From positions 64,001-128,000 of the forward strand of contig JBFMAF010000037.1 in NCBI GenBank assembly GCA_040755995.1: DNA of 64,000 nucleotides, read 5' to 3'. The notes under the pieces were generated by a model that saw only the letters and a program-made list of their open reading frames with translations, made no database searches and was not told the DNA's origin. Positions 62,959 to 64,000 of this stretch are shown here, in pieces (position 1 is the first letter of the stretch; each line of letters opens with the position of its first letter). The stretch is from Acidobacteriota bacterium. GTDB lineage: Bacteria > Acidobacteriota > CAIWXX01. The position numbers were made by a program, and so were the translations under genes.

Positions 62959-64000
62959 CTAGAACAGCCAACCGAACAGCCATCCGCTGAGAGCAGCCAT
63001 GACGATCACCAGTGCGAAGTAGGTGAATGACTTCTTCGTGCCCATCACATTGCGTATCACGATCATGCTCGGAAGCGACAGGGCCGGTCCCGCCAACAGG
63101 AGCGCCAGCGCCGGCCCCTTGCCCATCCCCGCACCGAGAAGCCCCTGCAGGATTGGGACTTCCGTGAGCGTAGCGAAGTACATGAAAGCACCGGCGACGG
63201 AGGCGAACAGGTTCGCCCCCAGGCTGTTCCCGCCAAGGAGCGATTGCACCCACTGCATCGGGATGACCCCCGCACCGCTCTGAGGCCTGCCCAACAGGAA
63301 GCCGGCCACCAGAACACCTCCGATCAACAGCGGAAAGATCTGCTTCGTGAACGTCCAGGTCTCCCACAGCCAGCTCCGTCGCTCGATCGCGTCGAACCAT
63401 CGGAGTGCGGCGAACACCAAGACGATCAGAGACAACCCCGCCAGATACCAGTGTACCTCGTGGACCGCATTGAAGAACCCCACGGGGCGCGCCGGCTTTC
63501 CCCACGTGGCGAAGACCAACACGGCTATCATGGAGACGAAGTAGACCAGGTCCTGCCATGGTGCTCGCCGTCCGTCCGTGCTCGGCTCGGCCGGGAAGCC
63601 CGTGCGTTCCAATTCATCTTTCTCGCGCCCGAAGATCAATCCCATGAGCAGACCGATCACGCAGGCGAACGCGACAGCACCCACGACCCGTGCCAATCCC
63701 AGCTCCAGCCCCAGCACCCGTGCGGTCAGAATCATGGCGAGGATGTTGATGGCCGGGCCGGAGTAGAGGAATGCCGAGGCGGGCCCGATGCCGGCTCCTC
63801 GCTTCCATATCCCCGCAAACAGTGGCAGGACAGTGCACGAGCAAACGGCCAGGATGGAGCCCGACACGCTTGCGACTCCGTAGGAAACCGGCTTCGGAGC
63901 GTCAGGCCCCAGGTATCTCATCACGGCGCCGCGATTGGTGAATGTGGTTATGGCCCCGGCAATGAAAAACGCCGGCACCAGACAGAACAATACGTGCTCC
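62959..64000 (-). CDS. ArsP/DUF318 family permease, 5' end outside window
   Basis: EHVLFCLVPAFFIAG, AVCSCTVLPLF, FLYSGPAIN, YFATLTEVP, GPALSLP. Confidence 0.88.
   Translation of the reverse strand, partial: EHVLFCLVPAFFIAGAITTFTNRGAVMRYLGPDAPKPVSYGVASVSGSILAVCSCTVLPLFAGIWKRGAGIGPASAFLYSGPAINILAMILTARVLGLELGLARVVGAVAFACVIGLLMGLIFGREKDELERTGFPAEPSTDGRRAPWQDLVYFVSMIAVLVFATWGKPARPVGFFNAVHEVHWYLAGLSLIVLVFAALRWFDAIERRSWLWETWTFTKQIFPLLIGGVLVAGFLLGRPQSGAGVIPMQWVQSLLGGNSLGANLFASVAGAFMYFATLTEVPILQGLLGAGMGKGPALALLLAGPALSLPSMIVIRNVMGTKKSFTYFALVIVMAALSGWLFGWLF

Overview
High-GC bacterial chromosome window, probably diderm (it carries a TonB-dependent receptor). An Acidobacteriota-like host is a guess from gene content only. 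No rRNA, tRNA or CRISPR array was seen. About 1-29 kb is mostly core and envelope genes: CDF transporter, YdjI/YdjG-like SPFH and Zn-ribbon genes, NfeD-like gene, sppA, WD40, P-loop kinase-dCMP deaminase fusion, S9 peptidase, GAF, ligA, pgeF, MacAB-type ABC exporter, cyclophilin, glycosyltransferases, and a GATase-like gene coupled to a 2-hydroxyacyl-CoA dehydratase operon. This part also holds GTAG-type REP palindromes and 7/8-mer intergenic repeats. About 29-64 kb is an accessory, deletion-scarred region. Its main feature is a tightly coupled, uncharacterised four-gene operon (33.4-41.1 kb): membrane-anchored beta-propeller, multi-TM protein, 1330-aa coiled-coil protein with hydrophobic C-terminal helices, and an FHA-GYF-double-Zn-ribbon protein. 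This is my best candidate for an undescribed system. After it come an orphan S74-chaperone fibre gene, a decayed DUF4062-NACHT gene, a chimeric duplicate of the FHA gene tail, a hybrid kinase, an Fe-type ABC importer with TonB receptor, two ArsR/arsenic-type clusters, a MazF-type TA pair and several gene remnants. All domain calls are from motif recognition by eye, not database searches.
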